Shown: piece by piece, positions 35,718-46,093 of the stretch | How positions within the stretch are numbered: the stretch's first letter is position 1 | Layout of the letters: each line of letters begins with the position of its first letter | Assembly (NCBI GenBank): GCA_963727455.1 | Contig: CAVSGG010000012.1 | Location: 1 to 64,000 of the forward strand | Direction: 5' to 3' | Source: Candidatus Krumholzibacteriota bacterium | Lineage (GTDB): Bacteria; Krumholzibacteriota; Krumholzibacteriia; JAJRXK01 | DNA: 64,000 bases | Program-made: the position numbers and the translations under genes | The notes under the pieces: generated by a model | What the model saw: only the letters and a program-made list of their open reading frames with translations | Databases searched by the model: none | What the model was told of the DNA's origin: nothing

Positions 35718-36479
35718 TCAGGACTCAGCCGAGCTTCTCTTCCGGAACGCCTCGAGCAGATCGATAGGCAGAGGGAACAGAGTCGTGCTGTTGTTCTCCG
35801 CCGCCACTTCGGTGAGCGCCTGCAGATAGCGCAGCTGCAAAGCCACCGGATGCGGCTCGATCTTGACTGCCGCCTCGGCCAGGCGCTGGCTGGCTTCGTA
35901 CTCCCCCTGGGCGTGGATGACCTTGGCCCGCCGCTCGCGTTCCGCTTCGGCCTGCTTGGCCATCGCGCGCTTCATCTCCACCGGCAGGTCGACGTCCTTC
36001 ACCTCCACCATGCTGACCTTGATGCCCCAGGGATCGGTCGCCTCGTCCAGGATGGTCTGGATCATCGCATTGAGTTTGTCGCGCTCGGAGAGCAGATGGT
36101 CGAGCTCATACTGGCCCACCACCGAGCGCACTGTGGTCTGGGCGAGTTGGCTGGTGGCGAAGAGATAGTCCTCCACCTCGATCACGGCCTGAAAGGGTTC
36201 GATGATCCGGAAGTAGAGAACCGCGTTCACTTTCACCGAGACGTTGTCCAGGGTGATGACATCCTGGGGCGGCACGTCCATGGCCACCGTGCGCAAGCTC
36301 GTCTTGACCATGCGCTCGATGAACGGAACGAGAATGATGAGTCCGGGTCCACGCGTGCCTGTGTAACGTCCCAGGCGAAACACCACGGCCCGCTCGTACT
36401 CGCGCAACACGCGAATCGAGTTACCCAGCACGAAAAGTGCGAGAAGGACGAAAATCCCACCGGAATAGGCGAACGGCAT
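35718..36479 (-). CDS. Slipin/stomatin (SPFH, band 7) protein
   Basis: [49 protein letters not shown]; AGGAGG RBS. Confidence 0.95.
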   Translation of the reverse strand: MPFAYSGGIFVLLALFVLGNSIRVLREYERAVVFRLGRYTGTRGPGLIILVPFIERMVKTSLRTVAMDVPPQDVITLDNVSVKVNAVLYFRIIEPFQAVIEVEDYLFATSQLAQTTVRSVVGQYELDHLLSERDKLNAMIQTILDEATDPWGIKVSMVEVKDVDLPVEMKRAMAKQAEAERERRAKVIHAQGEYEASQRLAEAAVKIEPHPVALQLRYLQALTEVAAENNSTTLFPLPIDLLEAFRKRSSAES

Positions 36480-36590
36480 GTCATTCCTCCTGGAAAGCCG
36501 CATCCCCTTCAGAATGCGGAACTGTGGTCCAGCCGCGCAAGGGTCCTCCCCACACGGTCCGGATTCCAACTTGGGCGCTCTTTGGCGGAC

Positions 36591-37949
36591 TCAGGCCCTC
36601 AAGGCGGGCTTGACGCGCGCCACACGGCCTTCGATTCCCACCACCTCGACCTGGTCCTGCTCGGGTACGGCGACCTCGGAGACCGCGTCCCAAATTTCTC
36701 CGTGAAACACCACTTTTCCCGGCGTGCTACCGCCGGGGATCGGCTCGACCACTCTCCCCTTCGCCCCGACGAGCGCCTCTCTACTCTGGACGGCCGGACG
36801 ACGATGGCTGCGCACCACCAGAGCCACACAGAGCATGAAGAAACCAGCGAAGACGACAAGCGCGGGAATCATCACTTTGAGACTCACGCGAGCCCATGAC
36901 TGCTGCGAGTCGAAGAGCATCAAGGATCCCAGCACCATGGAAGCAAGACCTCCGATGGTCAACGCGCCGTAGCTCGTGACCTTCACTTCCAATATGAGCA
37001 GAACCATGCCCAAGAGTAGTAGCGCAATCCCCGCGTAGTTGATGGGCAGGTTCTGGAAGGCGAAGAGCGCCAGCAACAGACAGATGCCACCGAGAATTCC
37101 CGGCGCGAGACTCCCTGGGTTGCTCAGCTCGAAGAAGAGCCCGTAGATCCCCAGGAGCATGAGAATGTAGGCCACGCTCGGATCGACCAACGCTTTCAGA
37201 AAGCGCTGACGGCCGCTCATGGGCAGCTCCCTTAGCTCCGCGCCCTTGGTATGCAGAGTGGTTTCCACTCCCTGAATCGTCACCACTTTGCCGTCTATGC
37301 TCTCCAAAAGTTCTTCCAGCGAACTCGCCATGATGTCGACCACGTTCTCCTGCAGGGCCTCCTTGGCCGGCAGGTTGTCCGCCGTCTCCACGAAGCGCTT
37401 CGCCAACTCCTGGTTGCGCCCCCTCTGCGCAGCGATGGAGACCAGATAGGCCACCGCATCGTGAGTGACCTTCTTGGTCATCGTACTGTCCATACCTCCG
37501 CCACCCAGATTCACCGGGCTGGCCGAGCCGATGTTCGTGCCGGGAGCCATTGCAGCAATGTTTGCCGCCATGGTGATGAACACGCCCGCGCTGGCGGCGC
37601 GACTGCCCGAGGGCGCAACGTAGACCACGACGGGAATCTTGGCCGCGAGTTCGGCCTTCACGATCTGGCGCATCGAGGTGTCGAGTCCGCCCGGAGTGTC
37701 CAGCTGGATGATGACGGCCTCGGCTCCCTTGAGCTCTGCGCGGTGGATTCCTTCGACCAGATACTCCGAGGCGATGGGAGTGATGGCGCCGTCGTAGGGC
37801 AAGAGATCGACCGTGGGCGTGGCGGAATCCGCGCGAGCTCCGGCAAGCCCAAGACACAGACAGAAAACAGCGAGAAGCGCGAGACCGTTCGAGCCGCGCC
37901 TTGCCGAGGACCAAAGATTTCCGCGAAAACGAGGAGTCATGCCGCGCAC
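36591..37949 (-). CDS. nfeD: NfeD family membrane-bound ClpP-class serine protease
   Basis: LDTPGGL, RAASAG, MAPGTNIGSASP, TM region, C-terminal OB fold (GEIWDA). Confidence 0.92.
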   Translation of the reverse strand: MRGMTPRFRGNLWSSARRGSNGLALLAVFCLCLGLAGARADSATPTVDLLPYDGAITPIASEYLVEGIHRAELKGAEAVIIQLDTPGGLDTSMRQIVKAELAAKIPVVVYVAPSGSRAASAGVFITMAANIAAMAPGTNIGSASPVNLGGGGMDSTMTKKVTHDAVAYLVSIAAQRGRNQELAKRFVETADNLPAKEALQENVVDIMASSLEELLESIDGKVVTIQGVETTLHTKGAELRELPMSGRQRFLKALVDPSVAYILMLLGIYGLFFELSNPGSLAPGILGGICLLLALFAFQNLPINYAGIALLLLGMVLLILEVKVTSYGALTIGGLASMVLGSLMLFDSQQSWARVSLKVMIPALVVFAGFFMLCVALVVRSHRRPAVQSREALVGAKGRVVEPIPGGSTPGKVVFHGEIWDAVSEVAVPEQDQVEVVGIEGRVARVKPALRA

Positions 37950-38004
37950 TCCTTTCAGATGGACGCTCGTCCATCGCTGCTTCGGACTTCGCGGCCTTTT
38001 CAGT

Positions 38005-38925
38005 TCAAGAGAAAGCCGAAGCGTAGAGTTGCCCCTCTCCCACCACCACGGCCGGGCCGCCCACCCGGACCGACTCGATCAGTCCCCTGCGGGTCTCCAC
38101 TTCCACCAGCACGTGTCCCGGACGGTGGATCTCGATGCCCTGCTCGGTGAGGATTCTCGTGGTGGGTGTGACGTGAACCGCCCGGTGTTTCACCAGGTAG
38201 GCCCCCAGACTTCCGCTGGCGCTGCCGCTGGCGGGGTCCTCGGGGATCCCGAAAGAAGGCGCGAACATCCGGCAGTGTACTGTCGAGTCTTCGCTCTCCG
38301 TCTCGAAAGTGAAGACGAAGAGGTCGCTGAAGCCAAGCCCCTTCTGGATCTCGGCCAGCTTCTCGGGATGCAGGCTGATGCGGCGCACGGCATCCAAACT
38401 TCCCACGGGCACGATGTGGACCGGCAGCCCGGTGCTCACGACCTCGCAAGGAAGGCCAGTGATCGCCAGGTCCGCCGCACGCAGGCCCAGCGCCTCGGCC
38501 ACGCATTCCGGTCGGTGGAACTCCCCCAGAAATACCGGCCGCTGCTGGGTCATCACCGCGCTGCGCAATACGCCCCCTCGCTCCTCACGCATCAGCCGGA
38601 CCGGAACCGGCCCGGACTCGATGTCGAGCAGCACTTCGTCGCGTCCCCTCTCGAGCAGACCCTCGGCCTCGAGCGCGAAAACGGCCCCCACGATGGGATG
38701 TCCCGCGAAGGGGATCTCCGCCTCGGGAGTGAAGATGCGCAGACTGTGATTGGAGCCGGCATGCTCGGGAGGCAGCACAAAGGTGGTCTCGGGGAAGTTC
38801 AATTCCCGGGCAATCTTCTGCATCTGCCCCGCGGGGATGCCCTCGGCCTCGGGAAAGACGGCGAGTTGGTTTCCGCCGAAGGGCTTCTCGGTGAACACGT
38901 CCACCAAGATGTATCGCATGGCCAT
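38005..38925 (-). CDS. PhzF family isomerase/epimerase
   Basis: VDVFT..FGGNQLAV, ETTF, RIFTP.EIPFAGHP, EDPASGSA. Confidence 0.92.
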   Translation of the reverse strand: MAMRYILVDVFTEKPFGGNQLAVFPEAEGIPAGQMQKIARELNFPETTFVLPPEHAGSNHSLRIFTPEAEIPFAGHPIVGAVFALEAEGLLERGRDEVLLDIESGPVPVRLMREERGGVLRSAVMTQQRPVFLGEFHRPECVAEALGLRAADLAITGLPCEVVSTGLPVHIVPVGSLDAVRRISLHPEKLAEIQKGLGFSDLFVFTFETESEDSTVHCRMFAPSFGIPEDPASGSASGSLGAYLVKHRAVHVTPTTRILTEQGIEIHRPGHVLVEVETRRGLIESVRVGGPAVVVGEGQLYASAFS

Positions 38926-39042
38926 GAGCGGCTCCCTGACAAGAGCAAAGCGGGGACGGGATTACCATACCCATGCCCCGCCTTTGCGTCCAGTCCCCTC
39001 CGCCGTTCGCTCGCCAGGCGTCGATAGCTGCGGATTAGGCCG

Positions 39043-40365
39043 CTAGAAAGTGGCTAGGTAGCGCTCGTGCTCCCAGCCGTGCACGTGGCTGATGAAGTCG
39101 TGCCACTCGTCTTCCTTGGCGCTCAGATACTGCTCGAAGATGTGCTCGCCGAGGGCTTCGCGGACCACCTTGTCCTTCCGCAAAAAGCCCAACGCCTCGT
39201 GCAGATCGGCCGGCAGCTGATCGATTTTGAGGCGCCGTTTCTCCCTTTGGCTCATGGTGAAGATGTTGCGGTTCACCGGCTCCCCCGGATCGGTCTTGTT
39301 GGCGAGTCCGTCCATGCCCGAGGCCAGCATCACTGCGAAGGCCAGGTAGGGATTGCAGCTGGGATCGGGCATGCGTAGCTCCACTCGGGTCCCGATGCCG
39401 CGCCGGGCGGGCACGCGGCACAGCGGCGAGCGGTTGCGCTCCGACCATGCCACGTTCACCGGGGCTTCGTATCCGGGCACCAGACGCTTATAAGAATTCA
39501 CCAGCGGATTGGTGATGGAACAGATGGCACGCGCGTGCCGCAGCACCCCCCCGATGTAGTTGAGGGCCGTGTCACTCAGTTGATACTCCTTGCGGGCGCC
39601 GAAGAACGAGTTCTTGCCACCCTTGAAGAGACTCTGATGCACGTGCATCCCGTTCCCGTTGTGTCCGTAGATGGGCTTGGGCATGAAGGTGGCGTGAAGA
39701 TCGTGGTCGTTCGCGACCTTCTTCACCACGAGACGGAAGAGCATGGCGCGGTCGGCCGTGCTCACCGCATCCGCGTACTTGAAATCAATCTCGTGTTGTC
39801 CCGGGGCCACCTCGTGGTGCGCGGCCTCCACCTCGATTCCCATGCTCTCCAGGGCGTTGACGATGTCCCGGCGGGCGCCCTCACCGCGGTCCACCGGCGC
39901 CAGATCGAAATAGCCGCCACTGTCGTGAGTGGTGATGGTGGGCTTGCCGCCGGCATTGCGCTCGAAGAGGAAGAACTCGAGCTCGGGTCCGCACATCATC
40001 TCGTAGCCCTGCTTCTGCGCCAGGCCGACGTTGCGCTTCAGGGCCAGCCGCGGACAGCCCACGAAGGGAGTCTCGTCCGGATTGTGGACGTCGCAGATCA
40101 TGCCCGCGCGCTTGCCGCGCTCGTCGCTCCAGGGAAAGAGCACGAAGGAATCGAAATCGGGCTTGAGCAGCATGTCGCTCTCCTCGATCCGGCTGAATCC
40201 CTGGATCGAGGAACCGTCGAAGCAGATCTCGCCGTCGACCGCCTTGTCGAACTGGCTGCGCGGGACCTCGACGTTCTTGATGGAACCCATGATGTCCGTG
40301 AAGATGAGACGCATGAATCGGACATCGTGTTTCTTGAGTAGGGCGTGGATTTCTCGCTTCGTCAT
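39043..40365 (-). CDS. glnA: Glutamine synthetase type I (GSI-alpha-like)
   Basis: FDGSSI.GF..IEESDM, HHEVAPGQHEI, ATFMPKP, NSYKRLVPGYEAP, ELRMPDPSCNPYL. Confidence 0.97.
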   Translation of the reverse strand: MTKREIHALLKKHDVRFMRLIFTDIMGSIKNVEVPRSQFDKAVDGEICFDGSSIQGFSRIEESDMLLKPDFDSFVLFPWSDERGKRAGMICDVHNPDETPFVGCPRLALKRNVGLAQKQGYEMMCGPELEFFLFERNAGGKPTITTHDSGGYFDLAPVDRGEGARRDIVNALESMGIEVEAAHHEVAPGQHEIDFKYADAVSTADRAMLFRLVVKKVANDHDLHATFMPKPIYGHNGNGMHVHQSLFKGGKNSFFGARKEYQLSDTALNYIGGVLRHARAICSITNPLVNSYKRLVPGYEAPVNVAWSERNRSPLCRVPARRGIGTRVELRMPDPSCNPYLAFAVMLASGMDGLANKTDPGEPVNRNIFTMSQREKRRLKIDQLPADLHEALGFLRKDKVVREALGEHIFEQYLSAKEDEWHDFISHVHGWEHERYLATF

Positions 40366-40449
40366 GCCGGACTCCTAGGGAGTGGGGAAGGTGGGTTCAG
40401 TCTCGAACCGGGCCGGGAGTCACGCTTCCTCCGCGGCTCACCGTTCCAA

Positions 40450-40565
40450 GAGTGTAGCAACAGTTATGCAGAATCTGCAATCTATGAGTTACACTTTATG
40501 AAAATAATTCCAAGTTTTTCCAAAGTGATCCAAATATATCCACTCCTGCGCATTTTTTTATCGAC
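40450..40565. promoter_or_regulatory. AT-rich divergent promoter region (glnA/phoH) with palindrome
   Basis: Marked AT enrichment; TGCAGA-A-TCTGCA at 40467-40479. Confidence 0.5.
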
Positions 40566-40702
40566 GCTGTGCCGCCCGCTACCCTGCCCGAGAGTGCCCC
40601 GCCGGGGCGCGCACATTCCCCTTGTGCCCCATCCCTCCTCGACTTAGCTTCAGCTCATGCCGCTCGGGCACACAGCCCCACTACCGAGCTCCAAGAGACA
40701 CC

Positions 40703-42004
40703 ATGACCAAGACTTACGTGCTCGACACCAATGTTCTTCTCCATGACGAGCAAGCTCTGGAATCCTTCGGCGCGAACGACGTCGTGATCGCCCTGGACGT
40801 CCTGGAAGAGCTCGATCATTTCAAGACCCACCGCGACGAATTGGGCCGCGTGGCCCGCTACGTGGCGCGTCGGCTGGACCTCTTGCGGAAACGGGGAAAC
40901 CTCAACAGTGGAGTCCCTCTGGACAGCGGGGGGACCCTCATGGTCCGCTTTGGCGAAACGGGCGACAACCTCCCGCCCGCCATGGATCGCGCGATTCCGG
41001 ACAATCGCATCCTCGCCACCGCGCTGCGTCTGCGCGACGAAGAGAGCCGGGACGTAGTCTTCGTCTCCAAAGACATCAATGCCCGCCTCAAGAGCGACGC
41101 CCTGGGACTCTCCACCGAGGACTATGATCGCGAGCGCGTGGAGTTCGATGAACTCTGGGATGGATACCGCACCATTTCTTTGTCCGCGCAGGAAATCGAC
41201 GATTTCTATCGCGGGACTCCTCTCGCTTCGCCTGGGAACATGCTTCCCAACGAGCTCGCCCTCCTGCAGGACAACGGCAATCCCAAACACACCGCGCTCG
41301 CCCGCCACGATTGGGCCGAAAAGAGACTGACGCCGCTGCTCTTCGAGAACCGCGCTCCCTGGAAATTGCGGCCTCTGAACTTGCAGCAACACTTCGCGAT
41401 CGAGCTCTTGATGGATCCGCAAATCAAACTGGTCACTCTCATCGGCAAGGCGGGAACCGGTAAGACCCTGCTCGCCCTCGCGGCCGGTCTCGAGCAGGTG
41501 GCCGAACAGCAAGTCTACCGGCGTATTCTGGTGAGCCGCCCCATCATGCCCTTGGGCAAGGACATCGGTTACTTGCCTGGCAGCAAGGAGGAGAAACTCG
41601 AGAGCTGGATGGAACCGATCTTCGACAATTTGAAATTCCTGGTGGACCCCATGCTGGAGGGAACCGAGGGAAAGATCGACTACCTCTTCGAGAAGGAATG
41701 GATTGAGGTCGAAGCCGTCACCTACATCCGCGGACGGTCCCTGCCCAAACTCTTCATCATCGTGGACGAAGCGCAGAATCTCTCCCCCCATGAAGTCAAG
41801 ACCATCGTGAGCCGGGCCGGTCACGACACCAAGGTCGTGCTCACCGGCGATCCCTACCAGATCGACAATCCGTACCTGGACGCGAGCTCGAACGGTTTGA
41901 CTACTCTGGTCGAGCGCTTCAAGGACCAGGCCCTCTTCGGGCATATCACCCTCACCACCAGCGAGCGCAGCGAATTGGCGAGCCTCGCGGCGGAGCTGCT
42001 CTAG
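40703..42004 (+). CDS. PhoH family protein with N-terminal PIN domain
   Basis: YVLDTNVLLHD, DNRIL, SKDINAR, GKAGTGKT, IRGRS, DEAQN, GDPYQID. Confidence 0.93.
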   Translation: MTKTYVLDTNVLLHDEQALESFGANDVVIALDVLEELDHFKTHRDELGRVARYVARRLDLLRKRGNLNSGVPLDSGGTLMVRFGETGDNLPPAMDRAIPDNRILATALRLRDEESRDVVFVSKDINARLKSDALGLSTEDYDRERVEFDELWDGYRTISLSAQEIDDFYRGTPLASPGNMLPNELALLQDNGNPKHTALARHDWAEKRLTPLLFENRAPWKLRPLNLQQHFAIELLMDPQIKLVTLIGKAGTGKTLLALAAGLEQVAEQQVYRRILVSRPIMPLGKDIGYLPGSKEEKLESWMEPIFDNLKFLVDPMLEGTEGKIDYLFEKEWIEVEAVTYIRGRSLPKLFIIVDEAQNLSPHEVKTIVSRAGHDTKVVLTGDPYQIDNPYLDASSNGLTTLVERFKDQALFGHITLTTSERSELASLAAELL

Positions 42005-42017
42005 GAGCGAGTCCCCC

Positions 42018-42782
42018 ATGTATCCGGTGCTCTTTCATCTCGGTCCCCTGAAGCTCTACAGTTTCGGGCTCATGGTGGTGCTGGCGTTTCTCAGCGGCGC
42101 ATGGATCACCGTCAAGGAACTGCGCCGGAAGCAGCTGAAGCCCGACAACATGGACACCTATCCCCTCTTGGCCCTCTTGGGCGGGATCCTGGGAGCACGG
42201 GTCTACTTCCTCGTCGCCCACTACCACGAGCTGCTGCGAGACCCCCTGCACGCCCTGATCTCTGGATCGGGACTCACCTGGTACGGAGGCGCCCTGGGCG
42301 GCGTCATCGCCACCCTGGGGTGGGCCAAACACAAGGGCCAAAACCTCTGGGCAATGTGCGACGCCTTCGCTCCCGGGCTCGCGGTCGCCTACGCGGTGGG
42401 GCGTATCGGTTGCCACCTTTCCGGAGACGGTGACTACGGCAAGCCGACGACTCTGCCCTGGGGCTATTCTTACGCCAAGGGAATCGTGCCGAGCCCGCCG
42501 GGAGTCCTCTGCCATCCCACCCCCATCTACGAAACCATTGCCATGCTGCTCGTGTTCGCGGTCCTGTGGAAGTTGCGCAGGCGGCTTTTGGGAAACGGGC
42601 AACTCTTCGGTGTCTACCTCATCCTGGCCGGCATCGAGCGCTTTTGGATCGAGTTTCTGCGCCTCAATCCACCGGTGGCGCTCAATCTCACCGTCGCCCA
42701 GTGGACCAGTCTCGGCGCCATCCTCTTGGGAGCAATTCTCTACCTCTGGCGGCGGCCGAACGCGGCCGCGACGGCGCGCTAG
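42018..42782 (+). CDS. lgt: Prolipoprotein diacylglyceryl transferase
   Basis: LGAR, GLTWYGG, GRIGC, HPTPIYE, RFWIEFLR. Confidence 0.92.
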   Translation: MYPVLFHLGPLKLYSFGLMVVLAFLSGAWITVKELRRKQLKPDNMDTYPLLALLGGILGARVYFLVAHYHELLRDPLHALISGSGLTWYGGALGGVIATLGWAKHKGQNLWAMCDAFAPGLAVAYAVGRIGCHLSGDGDYGKPTTLPWGYSYAKGIVPSPPGVLCHPTPIYETIAMLLVFAVLWKLRRRLLGNGQLFGVYLILAGIERFWIEFLRLNPPVALNLTVAQWTSLGAILLGAILYLWRRPNAAATAR

Positions 42783-42784
42783 TC

Positions 42785-43717
42785 GTGGACCCCGGAGATT
42801 ACTCTCTGCTCGACTCCGGCGACGGAGCGAAACTGGAACGCTTCCAAGAGATCGTTCTGGAGCGTCCCGCTCCCCAGTGTCTGTGGTCGCGGCGCGATCC
42901 GCAGGTCTGGCAAAATGCCCATGCGCGCTACCTGCGCTCCAGTGAGGGAGGCGGCGAGTGGGAGGAGCGCAGCCCCTTGCCCCAAGAGTGGTGGATCGAT
43001 TGCGCGGGGATGCGGCTGCGTCTTTCGGCCACCGGCTTCGGCCACCTCGGGGTCTTTCCCGAGCAGTTCCCCTTCTGGGACTATCTGCGAGCCGAGTGCG
43101 CGGCTGTCGAGCCCCAGGCCCGCGTCCTGAACCTCTTCGCCTACACGGGCGGCGCCTCCATCGCCGCCGCCCAGGGCGGCGCTCGGGTAACGCACTGCGA
43201 CGGAAGCAAGGGCATCGTGCAGTGGGCCAGCGAGAATGCCAGCGCCAACGGCTTCACCGACCGGGAGACGCCCGCGGCGAGCGGAGGCAGCATCCGCTGG
43301 ATCATCGACGATGCGGACCGCTTCGTGGCTCGCGAGCTGCGCCGGAAGCGGCAGTACGAAGGTATCGTCTTGGATCCCCCCAGTTTCGGGCGCGGGCCCA
43401 AGGGGCAGGTCTGGAAACTCGAGCGCGATCTTCAGGGACACCTGACCCAGCTCGTGACCCTCCTCAGCGAGACTCCGCGCTTCCTTCTGGTCAGTGCACA
43501 CACGCCCGGCGTCGATCCCCTGAGCTTGCAAAACCTCCTCGAAACATCCTTCGTCGCGGCTCGGCGCGAGCCGCACTTGATGCGGGGGCATCTCGCCTGT
43601 GGCAGCATGACCATTCGCGAAGCGGACGGTCGCCGCCGGCTTCCCAGCGGAACCTGGGCCCTCTGGACGATGAGCGGCGCCCAGCCGGACGCCGCGATTC
43701 TGAAGGAACCGGAATGA
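42785..43717 (+). CDS. Class I SAM-dependent methyltransferase (RlmI/RlmK-like)
   Basis: YSLLDSGDGAKLERF, HLGVFPEQ, VLNLFAYTG, LDPPSFGRG. Confidence 0.88.
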   Translation: MDPGDYSLLDSGDGAKLERFQEIVLERPAPQCLWSRRDPQVWQNAHARYLRSSEGGGEWEERSPLPQEWWIDCAGMRLRLSATGFGHLGVFPEQFPFWDYLRAECAAVEPQARVLNLFAYTGGASIAAAQGGARVTHCDGSKGIVQWASENASANGFTDRETPAASGGSIRWIIDDADRFVARELRRKRQYEGIVLDPPSFGRGPKGQVWKLERDLQGHLTQLVTLLSETPRFLLVSAHTPGVDPLSLQNLLETSFVAARREPHLMRGHLACGSMTIREADGRRRLPSGTWALWTMSGAQPDAAILKEPE

Positions 43718-44520
43718 GTGCCACTCCCGAGATCATCACGAGCGCTCAGAATCCGCGGATCAAGGAGCTGGTCAAACTCCTCGATCGCCGTACACGCAAG
43801 CAGACCGGCCTCACCCGCATTGACGGGGCGCGCGAGTTGCTGCGCGCACTGGACGGCGGGGTGCTGCCGCGAATTCTCTACCTCTGCGAAGAGCTCGTTC
43901 GTTCAGAAGAGGGACGCGCGGCGCTGCGACGCTGCCGCGAAGCCGAGGTTCCCGTCCAGGCGGTGAGCGCACAGCTCAGCGAACACATCGCTTTTGGTGA
44001 CCGGCGCGAGGGTCTGTGCGCGGTGATCGCGTGGCAACCGCTCGCCTTGCGCGAACTCGAGCTTCCCTCGCTCCCCTTGGTGCTAGTGGTTCAGGGAATC
44101 GAGAAACCGGGAAATCTCGGCGCCCTGTTGCGCACCGCCGATGCCGCGGGAGTCGACGCCTTTCTCCTCTGCGATCGCGCGACCGATGTCACCAATCCCA
44201 ACACGATCCGCGCCAGCATGGGAACTCTCTTCACCCTCCCCGTCGCCGAGTCGAATTCCGCCGAGGCGGAGAGTTTCTTGCGCCAGCATGGCCTTCATGT
44301 CTTCACCGCCCGGCCCGAGTCCTCGCTGCCCTACTGGCGAGCCGCCTTCGATGCGCCCTGCGCGATCGTGGTGGGTTCGGAACACTCAGGACTGATGGAC
44401 TCCTGGTCCAGCGCGGGTTTGACCGCACTCTCCATTCCCATGCGCGGAAAGGCCGATTCACTCAACGTGAACGTCTCGGCCGCCATTCTGCTCTTCGAGG
44501 CGGTGCGCCAGCGGAGCTGA
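43714..44520 (+). CDS. TrmH/SpoU family RNA methyltransferase
   Basis: ITSAQNPRIK, EKPGNLGALLRTA, GSEHSGL, IPMRGKADSLNV. Confidence 0.92.
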   Translation: MSATPEIITSAQNPRIKELVKLLDRRTRKQTGLTRIDGARELLRALDGGVLPRILYLCEELVRSEEGRAALRRCREAEVPVQAVSAQLSEHIAFGDRREGLCAVIAWQPLALRELELPSLPLVLVVQGIEKPGNLGALLRTADAAGVDAFLLCDRATDVTNPNTIRASMGTLFTLPVAESNSAEAESFLRQHGLHVFTARPESSLPYWRAAFDAPCAIVVGSEHSGLMDSWSSAGLTALSIPMRGKADSLNVNVSAAILLFEAVRQRS

Positions 44521-44533
44521 GGCCGCGGCCCTC

Positions 44534-46021
44534 TCAGGCGATCACGGTCTCGATGCGGGCAATTCCACTGCGAGTGAGAACGATGCGGTAGCGCTTGAGC
44601 GAGGGGCTTCCCTCGTGCACCATGCGGGCGACCATGTTGAGGTGGTACACGCGCGTGCCGTGGATCCGTTGATAGCCCTCGTCGTCCATGATGAAGAGTT
44701 CCTTCTTGGGATCATCCATCTTGCGCAGGAATTCCTGGATATTCAGGCGCATGATGTCGTTGATACCGGAGATTTGATGATCCGAGAAGATTTCGCGCAC
44801 CGGACGTGGCTCGAGTTGTACTCGCTTCCGGTACAGGAGAGTTTGTTCGCCGCCCCAACCGTTCTCGATTTCGGTGATGTGGTCCCGATCCCGTAGCGCG
44901 TGAATTTCAGCCGGGATCTTCCGCTCCGGAATGAACTCACAGCTCTCCTTGCAATAGCCCACGAACCCGCGCGAGGCGCTCTGGATCTTCGTCTTATGAT
45001 CGAAGAGAGAGCGCGTGACGCGCCGCGAGAAGTAGAGGCGAAGCGAATCCTTGATACGATCTTTGAAGATGTAGCTGATCACCAGAGCCAGAAAGAAGGG
45101 CGTGGTAAGCGTTCCGTACACGGATTGCGAGATGAACGCGGCACCGGTGGCAAAGACCATGGCGACTCCGGCCGCGATTCCGAAAAGAGTCTGCTCGAGC
45201 AACACCCCGCTGGGCCGGGTCTTGGTGTCCAAGAAGAGAATGCTGGCCATGTACTTTTTCAAAACGCTGCGACGGAATACCAGGGTTTCGTTGTCGCGCT
45301 CTTCCTCGGGAATGGAAGGGTAGCCGCGGCTTTCCCGGTACTGGACCTCGTTCTCGCTCACCGCCAGGAGCTTGTGCTTCAATTCTTGGCGGATGGAGTC
45401 CTTCGAAGCGTTCAGACCCTCCAAGAGATGAAAGGTGTAGTCTTCCACCAGCAGACTGATGTACTCGTCCCCGTAGGAATAGAGTTCGAGAGCGCGCTCC
45501 TGAATCCCCGGCATCTGCACGAATTTGCGCAGCTTGCGATACTCGGCGGTCAGGTCCGAGAGCGCCGCAACGTACTCCTCCACCAGGCGCTCTTTGTCCT
45601 CGCGCCCCGGCGTCCCCAGAATGTACTTCACGAAGTCGCGCGTTGCGCTCTTCAGGATGCAGCAGAAGATCTTGATTTCGTTTTCGTAGGAATCAGCGAG
45701 CTTTGCCGCATGCGGCTGCTGCACCCGCTCGACAGCGCTCTGCAAGAGCCCCAGCGGGCTCTGTGGTCCCTGCCCGATCAAGAGCAGCGGCACCAAGGGC
45801 GTCTTGAGTCGAATGTATGTCTGCAGATCGGAATAGAACTGCTGCTTGGAATAGGTCTCGGGGTTGATGCCCAGGCTCCTGGGAGCGTAGAGATAGAGAT
45901 CGAGCTCGTAGGAGGTGGTGCGCGCCTCCTCGGGCAGGGTATACCCCATTTTCAGTTCGACCTGATAGCGGTCATGGATGCCGATCGAAGCTTCCAGCAC
46001 TGTTCCCTTACTCCATTCCAC
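44534..46021 (-). CDS. Hypothetical protein with two central TM helices
   Basis: 495-aa intact ORF; hydrophobic pair FGIAAGVAMVFAT / FFLALVISYIFKDRIKD. Confidence 0.75.
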   Translation of the reverse strand: MEWSKGTVLEASIGIHDRYQVELKMGYTLPEEARTTSYELDLYLYAPRSLGINPETYSKQQFYSDLQTYIRLKTPLVPLLLIGQGPQSPLGLLQSAVERVQQPHAAKLADSYENEIKIFCCILKSATRDFVKYILGTPGREDKERLVEEYVAALSDLTAEYRKLRKFVQMPGIQERALELYSYGDEYISLLVEDYTFHLLEGLNASKDSIRQELKHKLLAVSENEVQYRESRGYPSIPEEERDNETLVFRRSVLKKYMASILFLDTKTRPSGVLLEQTLFGIAAGVAMVFATGAAFISQSVYGTLTTPFFLALVISYIFKDRIKDSLRLYFSRRVTRSLFDHKTKIQSASRGFVGYCKESCEFIPERKIPAEIHALRDRDHITEIENGWGGEQTLLYRKRVQLEPRPVREIFSDHQISGINDIMRLNIQEFLRKMDDPKKELFIMDDEGYQRIHGTRVYHLNMVARMVHEGSPSLKRYRIVLTRSGIARIETVIA

Positions 46022-46093
46022 TTGAAGCAGCAGAAAAAGAAACGCGCCCCACCCTCGCGAAGGAGTGAGGCGCTTCCTCTTCGGCGAGTACGA

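Noticed and set aside
38005-38925. Phenazine biosynthesis cluster
   Set aside because: Lone PhzF-family gene; no other phz genes present
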